From: a virus
Reading direction: 5' to 3' (one strand)
DNA: 52,377 bases
IMG/VR virus record: IMGVR_UViG_3300024239_000355
Coordinates: 1-52,377 of that record
In this document: one piece after another, positions 19,049 to 27,408 of the stretch
How the letters are laid out: every line of letters begins with the position of its first letter
Numbering within the stretch: the first letter of the stretch is position 1
Program-made: the position numbers and the translations under genes
Notes under the pieces: generated by a model
Told to the model about the DNA's origin: nothing
The model's database searches: none
The model's input: only the letters and a program-made list of their open reading frames with translations

Positions 19049-19942
19049 TTAAATCACTGCCGCCCCAGATGCTACTGTACCAGGAGTACCGGGTAGTGTT
19101 GTGCCTGCAAGAACAATGCTTCCACATGCAGCGCCATTATAACTTTTTCCGGTGAAATTATTTCCCGAAACGATAGTTGCCGCACTTCCGAACCAAATAG
19201 TGCTTGATCCCGATACATACAAAAGGTTTGACCATGTTACTGGGTTCTTAAAGGTAATAGTCGTAGATGAAAGAACAACAGAACCATTAATGATGGCGAA
19301 GACCAAACTCCCGCCATTACCAGAAACATACAGATTATTGGTGTGCATAATTACACCATTACGGCTCGTATAAAAACCATATCGCCCGGTGCCAACATTA
19401 CCAATTTCGATGTTTTTTGTTTGTATAACACCGTAATTGAAAGCTGCAAATGCATCACCAGAAGTAGAGATTTTAACCCCTTCAATGAGCCATGTTCCGC
19501 CTTGAAGCGTAAAACCATTTGTCAGTGTTACGGAGGACGGATTGGCGGAATTGCCAAGAATTTTTACAGTACCACGTCCAACATACGAATTAAGTGTAAT
19601 ATTGTTAGTTGTATAGGTACCATCGGCTACTTCAATAGTAACATTGTAGTTTCCTATATCCAACGTATCAATAGCATTGACGGCTCGTTGGATGGATGCA
19701 AATGCCAAGGATGATGAAAGTCCATCATTTTCGTCTGAACCTGTGGTCGAAACATAATATGTTCGATCAGCATACAATGCTTCTCGGCACATATATGGCA
19801 ATGCTGACCATGTGGCATTCCCATTTCCAACTTTAAAACGATTTGTGTCTTTTTCGAAAGCAATTTCACCATCTGCCAGTATTGGATTAGCCAATATCCA
19901 ATTCAAACCAGTATCGCGACGAATTTGAATTTTATCAGACAT
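19049..19942 (-). CDS. tail-fibre/receptor-binding-like structural protein
   Basis: IQIRRDT..W...NPILADGEIAFEKDT.RFKVGNG (Mtd-N-like), YYVSTTGSDENDG, beta-helix-like C-terminus. Confidence 0.75.
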   Translation of the reverse strand: MSDKIQIRRDTGLNWILANPILADGEIAFEKDTNRFKVGNGNATWSALPYMCREALYADRTYYVSTTGSDENDGLSSSLAFASIQRAVNAIDTLDIGNYNVTIEVADGTYTTNNITLNSYVGRGTVKILGNSANPSSVTLTNGFTLQGGTWLIEGVKISTSGDAFAAFNYGVIQTKNIEIGNVGTGRYGFYTSRNGVIMHTNNLYVSGNGGSLVFAIINGSVVLSSTTITFKNPVTWSNLLYVSGSSTIWFGSAATIVSGNNFTGKSYNGAACGSIVLAGTTLPGTPGTVASGAAVI

Positions 19943-20135
19943 GACTTACTCCTTCCGTGGCAGACCCGCCATCATAAAATTGTACAAATGATGTTGTGTT
20001 TGCATCACCACCGTCTACAACTATATTGATGGTAGATGGTGCTGCATACCCTCCATCAACCATATTAGTTGGTTTAATAGAGGTTAAAATAATACCGAAT
20101 ACCTGTTTGAATTTGCCATTTATACTGATTGCCAT
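19935..20135 (-). CDS. small structural protein (DGG repeats)
   Basis: VDGGY, VDGGD and YDGGS; TAAATA upstream. Confidence 0.6.
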   Translation of the reverse strand: MAISINGKFKQVFGIILTSIKPTNMVDGGYAAPSTINIVVDGGDANTTSFVQFYDGGSATEGVSHV

Positions 20136-20242
20136 CTTGGTTCTCCTGTCTTCTCATATTTATGTATGTCGGGACTATATTGAGGGATTGTATAATTTGT
20201 GTATTGATGCTATTCTAATACTATCTACACGGAGTATTCGCC

Positions 20243-20713
20243 ATGCCATGGTTTTCGTTTTATGAGAGAAACAGCCCGTGTTTCTACATGAACCTGCGCG
20301 ATGCCGATGAAGCGACGGCGATATCACTGCGAATCTTCGGTAACGACACCAGCGCACTCCCGGCGGAACCCTACAACCCTGAGGACAAGGATGGTATGTC
20401 CAGCCTCCTTGGTTACATGAAGGGTCTGCGGATGTGTATTGTGCGCAATGACGCGGCTATCGAACAGCGCCGCCGCATGCTTTCGTCGCTCGATGAAATG
20501 ATCGCCACTCGCAAATCCGAGGGTAAAAAAACCGACTGGGACGAGAGCAATCACAGCCGTGATACAGGATTCTTGAATCGGCTTGTTGCCGATACAGACC
20601 GTCGTCGGACCATACTGGCATCGGCGGTAGCGGTGCTGTATGAAATATTTAACACTCAAGATAAGGATAATCCCAATGCCCGACATTGCCACATTCAGTC
20701 GCTATCTGGTTGA
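20243..20713 (+). CDS. hypothetical protein
   Basis: GGAG Shine-Dalgarno, 156 aa. Confidence 0.6.
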   Translation: MPWFSFYERNSPCFYMNLRDADEATAISLRIFGNDTSALPAEPYNPEDKDGMSSLLGYMKGLRMCIVRNDAAIEQRRRMLSSLDEMIATRKSEGKKTDWDESNHSRDTGFLNRLVADTDRRRTILASAVAVLYEIFNTQDKDNPNARHCHIQSLSG

Positions 20714-20902
20714 GGACTTGCAATATCATTTTGGAGTGGGAGCGCAGAAACGCGCCGACGAAATTCGGCAGTACCTCGCGGATGCCGCAAACGGCACTTC
20801 GGCTCTCCGAACGTTGCTTATGACCGAATTGAAATCGCTGGTCTGACCCTGGATGGGAATACGAGCAAACGAAAAAGGGCACCGCGAGGTGCCCTTTTCA
20901 AT

Positions 20903-21154
20903 TTACATTTGCGCATTCATAACATGGGTATATGCAGCGATAAGATCATCATCCGCCAATCCGCGCAAATAATTCTCGTCTGAATATTGTGCGTTCTGAG
21001 GGGGATATCCACACGCATCATATGTGGTAGAATAGAAATTCGCCGTATCCATGATACAGTGCTGGCGCAACGTACCATGATCCATGGATGAAAGCTTCGT
21101 CCGATCATCCGGATGGGAATAATGTTCCAACATCTTGGTCAGGATGCAAATCAT
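20903..21154 (-). CDS. hypothetical protein
   Basis: ORF followed by a terminator. Confidence 0.55.
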   Translation of the reverse strand: MICILTKMLEHYSHPDDRTKLSSMDHGTLRQHCIMDTANFYSTTYDACGYPPQNAQYSDENYLRGLADDDLIAAYTHVMNAQM

Positions 21155-21158
21155 TTAT

Positions 21159-21734
21159 TTACCCGTCGATCTGATGCATCACCACATAGTAATAGTCGGC
21201 ATCTTCCTTGACGACATCAACAAAGCTAAACAACCGATTGTCACCGAACGTCAGCGTCTTGCCCTGAAGGACATTCGCAACTTGATCGGGATCGATGTCG
21301 AAAGCCAACGTCCCACGGTCACGCCAAACGGCAATCAGGTGAACGTCGTCACCAAACTGGGCTTTGTGCTTCGGACGCGGATCAGTCTTGGTGAAATTCT
21401 TTTTGAAAACATCGCTAAAGTTCAGTTCGTCATCAATCGTGACAACGACCGGTTCGACGGTCTTCACCACCGTCACCTTCACAAAGCTGAAGTCGTCCTT
21501 CTTGAAGCTATCCCAGTTGGGCGAGGTCGGGGAAGCGTTGTACCATTCGGTGCTGCCACCGCGCAAGAACGTCTTGATCGACTTTTCATCCTTCAGACGA
21601 AACGGGATGTCCCCGTCTTCATCAAGGATGTATTCGTTCTCGCGGCAGCATTCGCCACCAGCATTCGAGGAAACGCGCAGTCCGAGAGTCTTCCCGTTGA
21701 CCTGAACTTCGTAATAGGTTTCGGTGGCTTCCAT
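21159..21734 (-). CDS. hypothetical protein
   Basis: GGAG Shine-Dalgarno, sigma70-like promoter upstream. Confidence 0.7.
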   Translation of the reverse strand: MEATETYYEVQVNGKTLGLRVSSNAGGECCRENEYILDEDGDIPFRLKDEKSIKTFLRGGSTEWYNASPTSPNWDSFKKDDFSFVKVTVVKTVEPVVVTIDDELNFSDVFKKNFTKTDPRPKHKAQFGDDVHLIAVWRDRGTLAFDIDPDQVANVLQGKTLTFGDNRLFSFVDVVKEDADYYYVVMHQIDG

Positions 21735-21842
21735 GATGACTCTCCCGCAGCAGAGATCATCTATAACACGTCAGGGTTTTACTGTCAAGATGGGACGACA
21801 GCCAGTCTCGGTAAAATAAAGGGCACCCGGTGGGTGCCCTTT

Positions 21843-22262
21843 TTATCCTTTTGCGCGTTTCGCCGCCGCACTCATGATGAATTGGAACGCGATGGTCAAA
21901 CTATAAGACCCCGGTTCATATTTCCGTCTAAGAACTTCGTATTTTTTTGCCAAGTCGAAAGGTATGGTTGCTTGTGTTTCTGTGATGCGGTAGAGCCGGA
22001 TAATGGATCGTTTTACAGCGGCTTCGGTTGTGGATTTCTCTTCAATGCAATCCAAAAATTCCCCAATACCCTTGGATGGCGTTTCTCGTTTATCCAGCAT
22101 CGTCGCAATGTGTTGGCAAAAATCCAACGGCAACGATTCCACATATTCGATGATGGCTTCCCCGAGTTTGATTCGATCTCGAATTTCGGTCACATCATCG
22201 AACATCAGATCACCGATCTGTTGCGACCACGGATTGGCAGCGTTCAGAATGCGAAGGTTCAT
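21843..22262 (-). CDS. hypothetical protein
   Basis: GGAGG Shine-Dalgarno. Confidence 0.65.
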   Translation of the reverse strand: MNLRILNAANPWSQQIGDLMFDDVTEIRDRIKLGEAIIEYVESLPLDFCQHIATMLDKRETPSKGIGEFLDCIEEKSTTEAAVKRSIIRLYRITETQATIPFDLAKKYEVLRRKYEPGSYSLTIAFQFIMSAAAKRAKG

Positions 22263-22281
22263 CGGTGCCTCCTATCGATTT

Positions 22282-22755
22282 TCATCGATTTTCATATTTG
22301 ATTTTGAGGCATTCCATTAACATGCAAAATTCAAACTCACCTCCGAATTCCCCAACCCCATCGCCTTCGATCATCCGAATGGCAGCAGAAATTCGTACCA
22401 GTTGGTGCGCAGGTTTGGCTTCGTCGTAAGTCAAACCAAACAACTTGGTGAGACGGCGTTCGGTTTCTTTCTGTGATAGGTCGCGGTTCCGTTGCCACGC
22501 TACATTGGTGACACGCTCTACGAATTCAGAAGGGTGGTGACCGTTAGAGGACAGTCGTTCCCACGCTTTCGCAACCTTTTCGCAAATGGATAAGGAAACC
22601 TCATCCATGTACTTGGTCATCAAAATTTCCAAACGATATCGAACGACTTCGGGATACGCATCCATCCCGTCCAGTTCGTCCGTATAGAGCGCCGACAGTT
22701 TTTTCGACCAAGGCTTCGAACTGGACATGGCACCCTCCGTCAAACCATGATCCAA
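22282..22755 (-). CDS. hypothetical protein
   Basis: ORF in a co-directional run; start probably at MSSSK. Confidence 0.6.
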   Translation of the reverse strand: MDHGLTEGAMSSSKPWSKKLSALYTDELDGMDAYPEVVRYRLEILMTKYMDEVSLSICEKVAKAWERLSSNGHHPSEFVERVTNVAWQRNRDLSQKETERRLTKLFGLTYDEAKPAHQLVRISAAIRMIEGDGVGEFGGEFEFCMLMECLKIKYENR

Positions 22756-22798
22756 TCCTACATTGTAGACCGGTAATTGTCAAGTAGCGGCCAAAACC

Positions 22799-23026
22799 TT
22801 ACTCAATTACCTTCAGTTCATCCTTGACCATCGCCAGAAGTTCCAGATTGTGCTTCGCATTCAAACTCTCTGGTTCTTGAGTACCGAACAAATTGAACAC
22901 GTGATCTGCGTACTGGCGCATCAATTCGTCTAGAATTTCTTTGATGTTGGCTGGGCGTACAGTGACGTTACCGCGCTCATACCAATAGAAATTGAACTTG
23001 TCGGTGGTGTTGGGAAGTTTAGGCAT
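22799..23026 (-). CDS. hypothetical protein
   Basis: ORF in a co-directional run. Confidence 0.55.
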   Translation of the reverse strand: MPKLPNTTDKFNFYWYERGNVTVRPANIKEILDELMRQYADHVFNLFGTQEPESLNAKHNLELLAMVKDELKVIE

Positions 23027-23032
23027 GATTTG

Positions 23033-23350
23033 TCACCACCGAGCCGTGTGAACATCTGGGTTGCCAATAAACCAAGTATCACTGTCATTGCGTTGAACGT
23101 ACCCAAAATGATCGGGGTTTTGTTGGATGAATTTTTCTAATACTTCCGCAATCTTTTTCGACGCTGCAATAAATCTAATGTTTGGTGGTGTCATCGGATG
23201 CCCCGCATCTTCCAACATCAAATCTTTTTCACGAACAAAGGTTGTATCCAGAAATTTTTCAAGGATTTGGAACGATTTTTTTTCCGGGCTGCATTCTACA
23301 TAAAATACTCGTCCAAAATCGTTCATTTTGACGATTGTAATTCTTGACAT
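23033..23350 (-). CDS. hypothetical protein
   Basis: ORF in a co-directional run. Confidence 0.55.
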   Translation of the reverse strand: MSRITIVKMNDFGRVFYVECSPEKKSFQILEKFLDTTFVREKDLMLEDAGHPMTPPNIRFIAASKKIAEVLEKFIQQNPDHFGYVQRNDSDTWFIGNPDVHTARW

Positions 23351-23466
23351 GGTTTAGCTCGCATAAATATAGGCAGCGGTGATCGTCTGAAGGTAGGATG
23401 TCAGACGAAATCCCACAGAGGATAGGACTGTCCCGCCGCCGGTATTTATAGCAGAGGAAAAGCCAT

Positions 23467-24191
23467 ATGACAGTAGTAATCTCTTGTGCAATTTGTGGGT
23501 CAGAACACAAATCGTTTGTGTCGTTGGTCAAACATCTTAAATTTCAGCAAAATTATCCGACTGCGCTGCTCAACAATGGGCAGACCGAGAAACAAACGGT
23601 GAAAAACAACGCATCATAGAGAAAACGACTGAAACAAATCGCCAGCTTATAGCCGCTATGACCGAGCAAGAACGCAAAGACCGATTTGGTTGGATGAACA
23701 AATTATCTACAGAAGAAAAACAAGAAAAAATAAAAATGCTTTTGGATAGAGGACTTGGTAAATGGAAACCAAAATCAGACGAAGAAAAACATCAAATATA
23801 CCAGAGAATTAGGAATAAAATGGTTACAAATGGTATTTGGTTGGACCGTGAACAACTGAATATGTCCGACTGGTATGATTATTCAAATATGGTGCGAAAA
23901 TTAACTGACGCCACATATAGAAAACACAAGCAACAGATTAACCCCAATAATTTACCTCGCCGACGAGGGTACTATCATGTGGATCATATTTTCAGTATAT
24001 ATGATGGGTTCATTCATGAAGTGCCAATAGAAGTAATGGCGGCTCCGGTTAATCTTCAAATGTTAACCGAAACCTCTAATAGTTCAAAAAATAACAAAAG
24101 TTGGTGTACGGTAAACGAGCTATATCAACGCTACAATGAATGGTCGGGCGTGGGAGGATCGAACTCCGTTCCTGTTCAGGAAGTAGCTTGA
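23467..24191 (+). pseudogene. HNH homing-endonuclease-like gene, apparently frameshifted near 23540
   Basis: N-terminal CAIC..H finger out of frame with the downstream YHVDHIFS...NLQML..NSSKNNK domain; AT-rich. Confidence 0.55.
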
Positions 24192-24226
24192 GAGGCTACC
24201 GACCGCACCAGCAGTCTTCACGCCCG
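24141..24226 (-). tRNA. tRNA with Glu anticodon CTC, 8/4 fold, long variable arm
   Basis: CGGGCGTG/CACGCCCG acceptor, loop CTCTCAA, T-stem GGAG/CTCC, encoded CCA. Confidence 0.8.
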
Positions 24227-24231
24227 ATAGA

Positions 24232-24315
24232 TGGTCCGAGGTGGGGGAATCGAACCCCGAGCCTTGCGGCGGCAGATTGAAGGTCTACTGATCATCCCAG
24301 TAATCTTCACCTCGG
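24232..24315 (-). tRNA. tRNA with Glu anticodon TTC, 8/4 fold, variable arm
   Basis: CCGAGGTG/CACCTCGG acceptor, loop CCTTCAA, T-stem GGGG/CCCC, CCA. Confidence 0.8.
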
Positions 24316-24320
24316 TAAAT

Positions 24321-24402
24321 TGGCAGCGCATGGGGGAATCGAACCCCAGGATGATCCACTCGGGTGAAAACCGAGCCGCCGTACCCAGCAGCATCATGCG
24401 CT
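24321..24402 (-). tRNA. tRNA with Glu anticodon TTC, 8/4 fold
   Basis: AGCGCATG/CATGCGCT acceptor, loop TTTTCAC, CCA. Confidence 0.8.
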
Positions 24403-24403
24403 A

Positions 24404-24478
24404 TGGTCCCCCGTATCGGATTCGAACCGATGTCCCTGGATCGAGAATCCAAGTGTCCTTCCCATAGACGAACGGGGG
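24404..24478 (-). tRNA. tRNA-Glu(CTC)
   Basis: 7/5 cloverleaf, loop TTCTCGA, TTCGAAT T-loop, CCA. Confidence 0.85.
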
Positions 24479-24489
24479 ATAACCGTAAA

Positions 24490-24617
24490 TAAGACCTAAG
24501 AAAAAACCTCCATGTTTACCTTTTTGGTCTTAACCTTCAATAAGAAGCCCAACCCGAGCTTCTTATTGAAGGTTATGTCCCTATCCTTTAACAAGCGACG
24601 CGCCAATTAAAGGATAG
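24490..24617. repeat. three consecutive inverted repeats in the tRNA spacer
   Basis: Includes a perfect 18-bp stem TAACCTTCAATAAGAAGC (24531-24575) and an 11-bp stem (24581-24617). Confidence 0.85.
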
Positions 24618-24698
24618 TGGTCCCCCGTGTGGGGGTCGCACCCACCTGAACCTCTCGTTGAAAGCGAGATGATCACACTAACCGCAATCCCACGGGGG
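24618..24698 (-). tRNA. tRNA-Glu(TTC), atypical D and T loops
   Basis: Loop CTTTCAA, T-loop TGCGACC, CCA. Confidence 0.8.
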
Positions 24699-24707
24699 AT
24701 ATTTTAT

Positions 24708-24782
24708 TGGTGACTCCGAGGAATTCTGCCATCCCATTGCCCGCTTGAAAGGCGAGTGTCCTTACTTTTAGACGACGGAGCC
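24708..24782 (-). tRNA. tRNA-Glu(TTC), atypical T arm
   Basis: GGCTCCG acceptor, TCGTCT..GGAC D arm, loop CTTTCAA, CCA. Confidence 0.8.
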
Positions 24783-24819
24783 ATAAAAACTTCAAACGTT
24801 ACTTGCACCTCAACCCATT

Positions 24820-24894
24820 AAAAAAGCCGCTTAGATCGATCTCTCTAAGCGGCTGCCGTTCACGCTGGACCTGATACCAGCATGTTGAGCAGCC
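24820..24894 (-). promoter_or_regulatory. attenuator: overlapping antiterminator and terminator
   Basis: GGCTGC..CATGCTGG/CCAGCGTG..GCAGCC hairpin overlaps the terminator AGCCGCTTAGA/TCTAAGCGGCT-TTTTT. Confidence 0.75.
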
Positions 24895-24927
24895 TTAACT
24901 TTCTTCTTCCACCACGAACACGAACAT
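24895..24927 (-). CDS. Glu leader peptide MFVFVVEEES
   Basis: AAGGA Shine-Dalgarno 8 nt upstream; GAA GAA GAA AGT TAA. Confidence 0.7.
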   Translation of the reverse strand: MFVFVVEEES

Positions 24928-25041
24928 CTTACTCATCCTTCTGCTGTGCTACCTTGTAGCACGATCATGCTATTTTCTAGTAAGGTCACCATGACCTTAC
25001 CAGTTTTAGGTAAGAGCTTACCAGAAAATGGTAAAGCTCCG

Positions 25042-25317
25042 ACCGGGTGTCCTAGACCGCTAGACGACCGCCAGGGAGTTGTTAACTTTACCCCGGCAGG
25101 CAAGGATTCGAACCTTGCGTTTCCCAGTTCTGGCGGGCTAATCAAGCCCGAAAAACTCCGGTGTCCTAAGCCTCTAGACGATCAACGGGCGATCAACTCC
25201 GCTGAGTGGGATTCGAACCCACGTTCCCCGGTTCTTGAGGGCACGTCTTGTGCATCGACCTTCCCGCTCGGTAACGATCCGCCTCGGTAGGGGAGTCGAA
25301 CCCCATCCCCGCACAAG
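25042..25317 (-). ncRNA. three circularly permuted tRNA-like modules (YrlA-like topology)
   Basis: T arm, then closed acceptor hairpin, then D arm at 25247-25317, 25156-25232 and 25042-25128. Confidence 0.65.
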
Positions 25318-25357
25318 CCACTCACCTTTCGTGGCGCCGAAGCGCCGTGCCCAACTC

Positions 25358-25921
25358 TTACACCAAGTCAGCCCGATGGCTCTCGATGTATTCTCTCACC
25401 ACCGAAGGAAGTGCCACGTCCCGAGTAGTTCCGTCCGGTTCCCCGCAGCATTCACAACAATGGTTCAACTCAGTGGTGATCCCGGTTTTGACAAATATTT
25501 CATCACCAACCTGAACCATCTTCTCATAATCGACAAGACTATTCACCGAAACCATAAACGGCACTGCCGTTTTTTTCCCACTCGGGGCAGTGATCAGCAC
25601 GTTCTTCTTGCCGACACGCCAGCCCCAAACTTCCTTACCAATGGTCAGGTTGCGCTCGCCTTTGGCTTTCTTCCGAACCAGTCGTTCGCGATTGGCGCAC
25701 ACATACTGGACCAGATGCTCCTTGGATAATTGCCAAGTAGCAAGCAGTCCGCATGCCTCGACAATATCCCATTCCTGCACAACCTGTTCTTTACCATCCA
25801 CTGGTGAGATGAAGATTACGTATTGTCTTCCCCAATTCACCCGCTTGCGGCGGTACTTCCACGTCTCCCCCTCCACGACGATTTCATAAATGGGGTTCAT
25901 CACTACTTTCTGTTTACCCAT
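25358..25921 (-). CDS. hypothetical protein inside the tRNA-Glu operon
   Basis: 187 aa with a CCECC motif, immediately downstream of a tRNA-Glu. Confidence 0.7.
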   Translation of the reverse strand: MGKQKVVMNPIYEIVVEGETWKYRRKRVNWGRQYVIFISPVDGKEQVVQEWDIVEACGLLATWQLSKEHLVQYVCANRERLVRKKAKGERNLTIGKEVWGWRVGKKNVLITAPSGKKTAVPFMVSVNSLVDYEKMVQVGDEIFVKTGITTELNHCCECCGEPDGTTRDVALPSVVREYIESHRADLV

Positions 25922-25948
25922 GATACTAGCCTTGCTCTGGGCTTGTTT

Positions 25949-26025
25949 TGGTGTCCCCAACGGGTGACGATCCCGTTTTTTCGCCTTGAAAGGGCGATGT
26001 TCTAACCAACGTAAACTATGGGGAC
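25949..26025 (-). tRNA. tRNA-Glu(TTC)
   Basis: GTCCCCA/TGGGGAC acceptor, loop CTTTCAA, T-loop ATCGTCA, CCA. Confidence 0.85.
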
Positions 26026-26106
26026 AAAAACAAAACCGCCTCACATTCGCGGGCGGTTCCAACTCTGCCATCAGGGCAAAATTAAAGCCGCCCTTGATGA
26101 GGCGGC
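26026..26106 (-). terminator. tandem terminators between leader peptide and tRNA-Glu
   Basis: GCCGCC..GGCGGC-TTTAATTTT and AACCGCC..GGCGGTT-TTGTTTTT. Confidence 0.7.
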
Positions 26107-26131
26107 TCGGCAAGCAGACATGCTCAACGAA

Positions 26132-26185
26132 TCACCCCATCGGGTTGCGTTCTTCCTCGCGTTCGCGTTCGAGCATGACAATCAT
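26132..26185 (-). CDS. Glu leader peptide MIVMLEREREEERNPMG
   Basis: AGAGGA Shine-Dalgarno; 5 Glu codons in 7 positions; TATAAATA at 26253-26260. Confidence 0.7.
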   Translation of the reverse strand: MIVMLEREREEERNPMG

Positions 26186-26413
26186 GGTACTAAATCCTCT
26201 GGTTCTTGCCGCTTAACGGCGTGTCTCGTTTGTGCCGACGTATCGACAAACCTATTTATACAAACAACGCTTTTTGGCGTCAAATTCTTTTTATGGTGGG
26301 TCGGGCGTTCTGCCCGACCAAGCCGCGTTGTGGTGGTATTTATACAAGCTGGTTCGTGGATGTCAACTAGAAATTTCTTAGATAACGAAAAGGCGGGTTT
26401 CCCCGCCTTTTTG

Positions 26414-27235
26414 TTACGCCGGTTGTTTCTGCGCCAGATCACGAATTACGGAGAAGTTCACCTGATAGCCGGGAATACGATAGTAACCTTCACCCAGGCA
26501 CCCGTGGTATACTTCGGTCAGGAAACGGGGCGGCATCTGGGCGACGATCCCGGTCAGGGTATCCTTATCAAGACCAAGAAGGTACTTGATGGGGCGCACG
26601 ATCACATGATGTCCGTCCTCACGAACCATCCGCAAATAATCGTCCGGTGACTTGATAGCGGCGAAATTCAGTGCCGCTTCGACATCAGGCGAATTGCCGT
26701 AATAGTTGGCGAAGTAGAGGAAGAACGCATCATTTTGCATACGTTCTTTTTCCAGAATCTCCACCAGTTTGTCTTCGTGGGTGCCGGTGATTCGCACATC
26801 ATCGATGAAGATCAACAATTTACCTTTCAAGAACTGCTTGTTCATGAAGAAGCGGTCATTGTCGATCAGACCCTTGCGTTTTTCCTTGGACAGGAACCCA
26901 TAGTCATTGGTGTATGACACCTTGCGATGGATGATCGTATATTCGACGTGACCACCGTTTGCCAGCACGAGGTGTTCATTCAGGCGATTGACGAAATGCT
27001 TCGTCATAATGGTCGCGGCGTTCTCGACATGATTGTACGGTGACGGGATCACCACACATTGATTTGCCAGCAGTACGTCGGTATGTGCGGCGAAGAAGGC
27101 ATCGGCAAGCTGATACCCGAACTTGCGGGCAATCACATCTGACCCGAATTTGAGCGCCGAATAGTCCGCAGGGCTGAAAGCTGCGTCTTCGAGGTCGTAG
27201 AAACCGTTGACGTAAAACCGAGAATGCGCACCCAT
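26414..27235 (-). CDS. phosphoribosyltransferase-fold protein (Ter-cluster type)
   Basis: LLIFIDDVRITGTHE PRPP-binding loop. Confidence 0.8.
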   Translation of the reverse strand: MGAHSRFYVNGFYDLEDAAFSPADYSALKFGSDVIARKFGYQLADAFFAAHTDVLLANQCVVIPSPYNHVENAATIMTKHFVNRLNEHLVLANGGHVEYTIIHRKVSYTNDYGFLSKEKRKGLIDNDRFFMNKQFLKGKLLIFIDDVRITGTHEDKLVEILEKERMQNDAFFLYFANYYGNSPDVEAALNFAAIKSPDDYLRMVREDGHHVIVRPIKYLLGLDKDTLTGIVAQMPPRFLTEVYHGCLGEGYYRIPGYQVNFSVIRDLAQKQPA

Positions 27236-27408
27236 TATTGTTTCCCTTTGTCAGTTTTTGTCGGCAAAACACACTCTTTTTCGGCGAAGCATACCCAGAA
27301 TTTACAATGTTCATCCAGGGTGATGTGACGATCATCGAGCGCACAACGCAAAGATAAACTTCGACGGCAATGATCACAATTCGAACATTCTTGGATGCCG
27401 TAATGCAT
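27235..27408 (-). CDS. small Cys-rich protein (57 aa, not in the ORF track)
   Basis: MHYGIQECSNCDHCRR..., TAATG-coupled on both sides. Confidence 0.55.
   Translation of the reverse strand: MHYGIQECSNCDHCRRSLSLRCALDDRHITLDEHCKFWVCFAEKECVLPTKTDKGKQ

Noticed and set aside
24232-24315. UGA-suppressor or Sec tRNA (loop contains TCA)
   Set aside because: The 5-bp stem centres TTC at positions 34-36; reading TCA needs a shifted loop, and all neighbours are Glu
24980-25262. Ro60-binding Y-RNA stem (AAGGTCGATG pairing with CATGGTGACCTT)
   Set aside because: Both strands have good local partners (a D-arm-like stem and the GTAAGGTCA/TGACCTTAC hairpin), and no TROVE gene is seen
25922-26113. N-terminal extension of ORF 25358-26113
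   Set aside because: The extension runs through a tRNA gene and terminators; the real start is probably 25921
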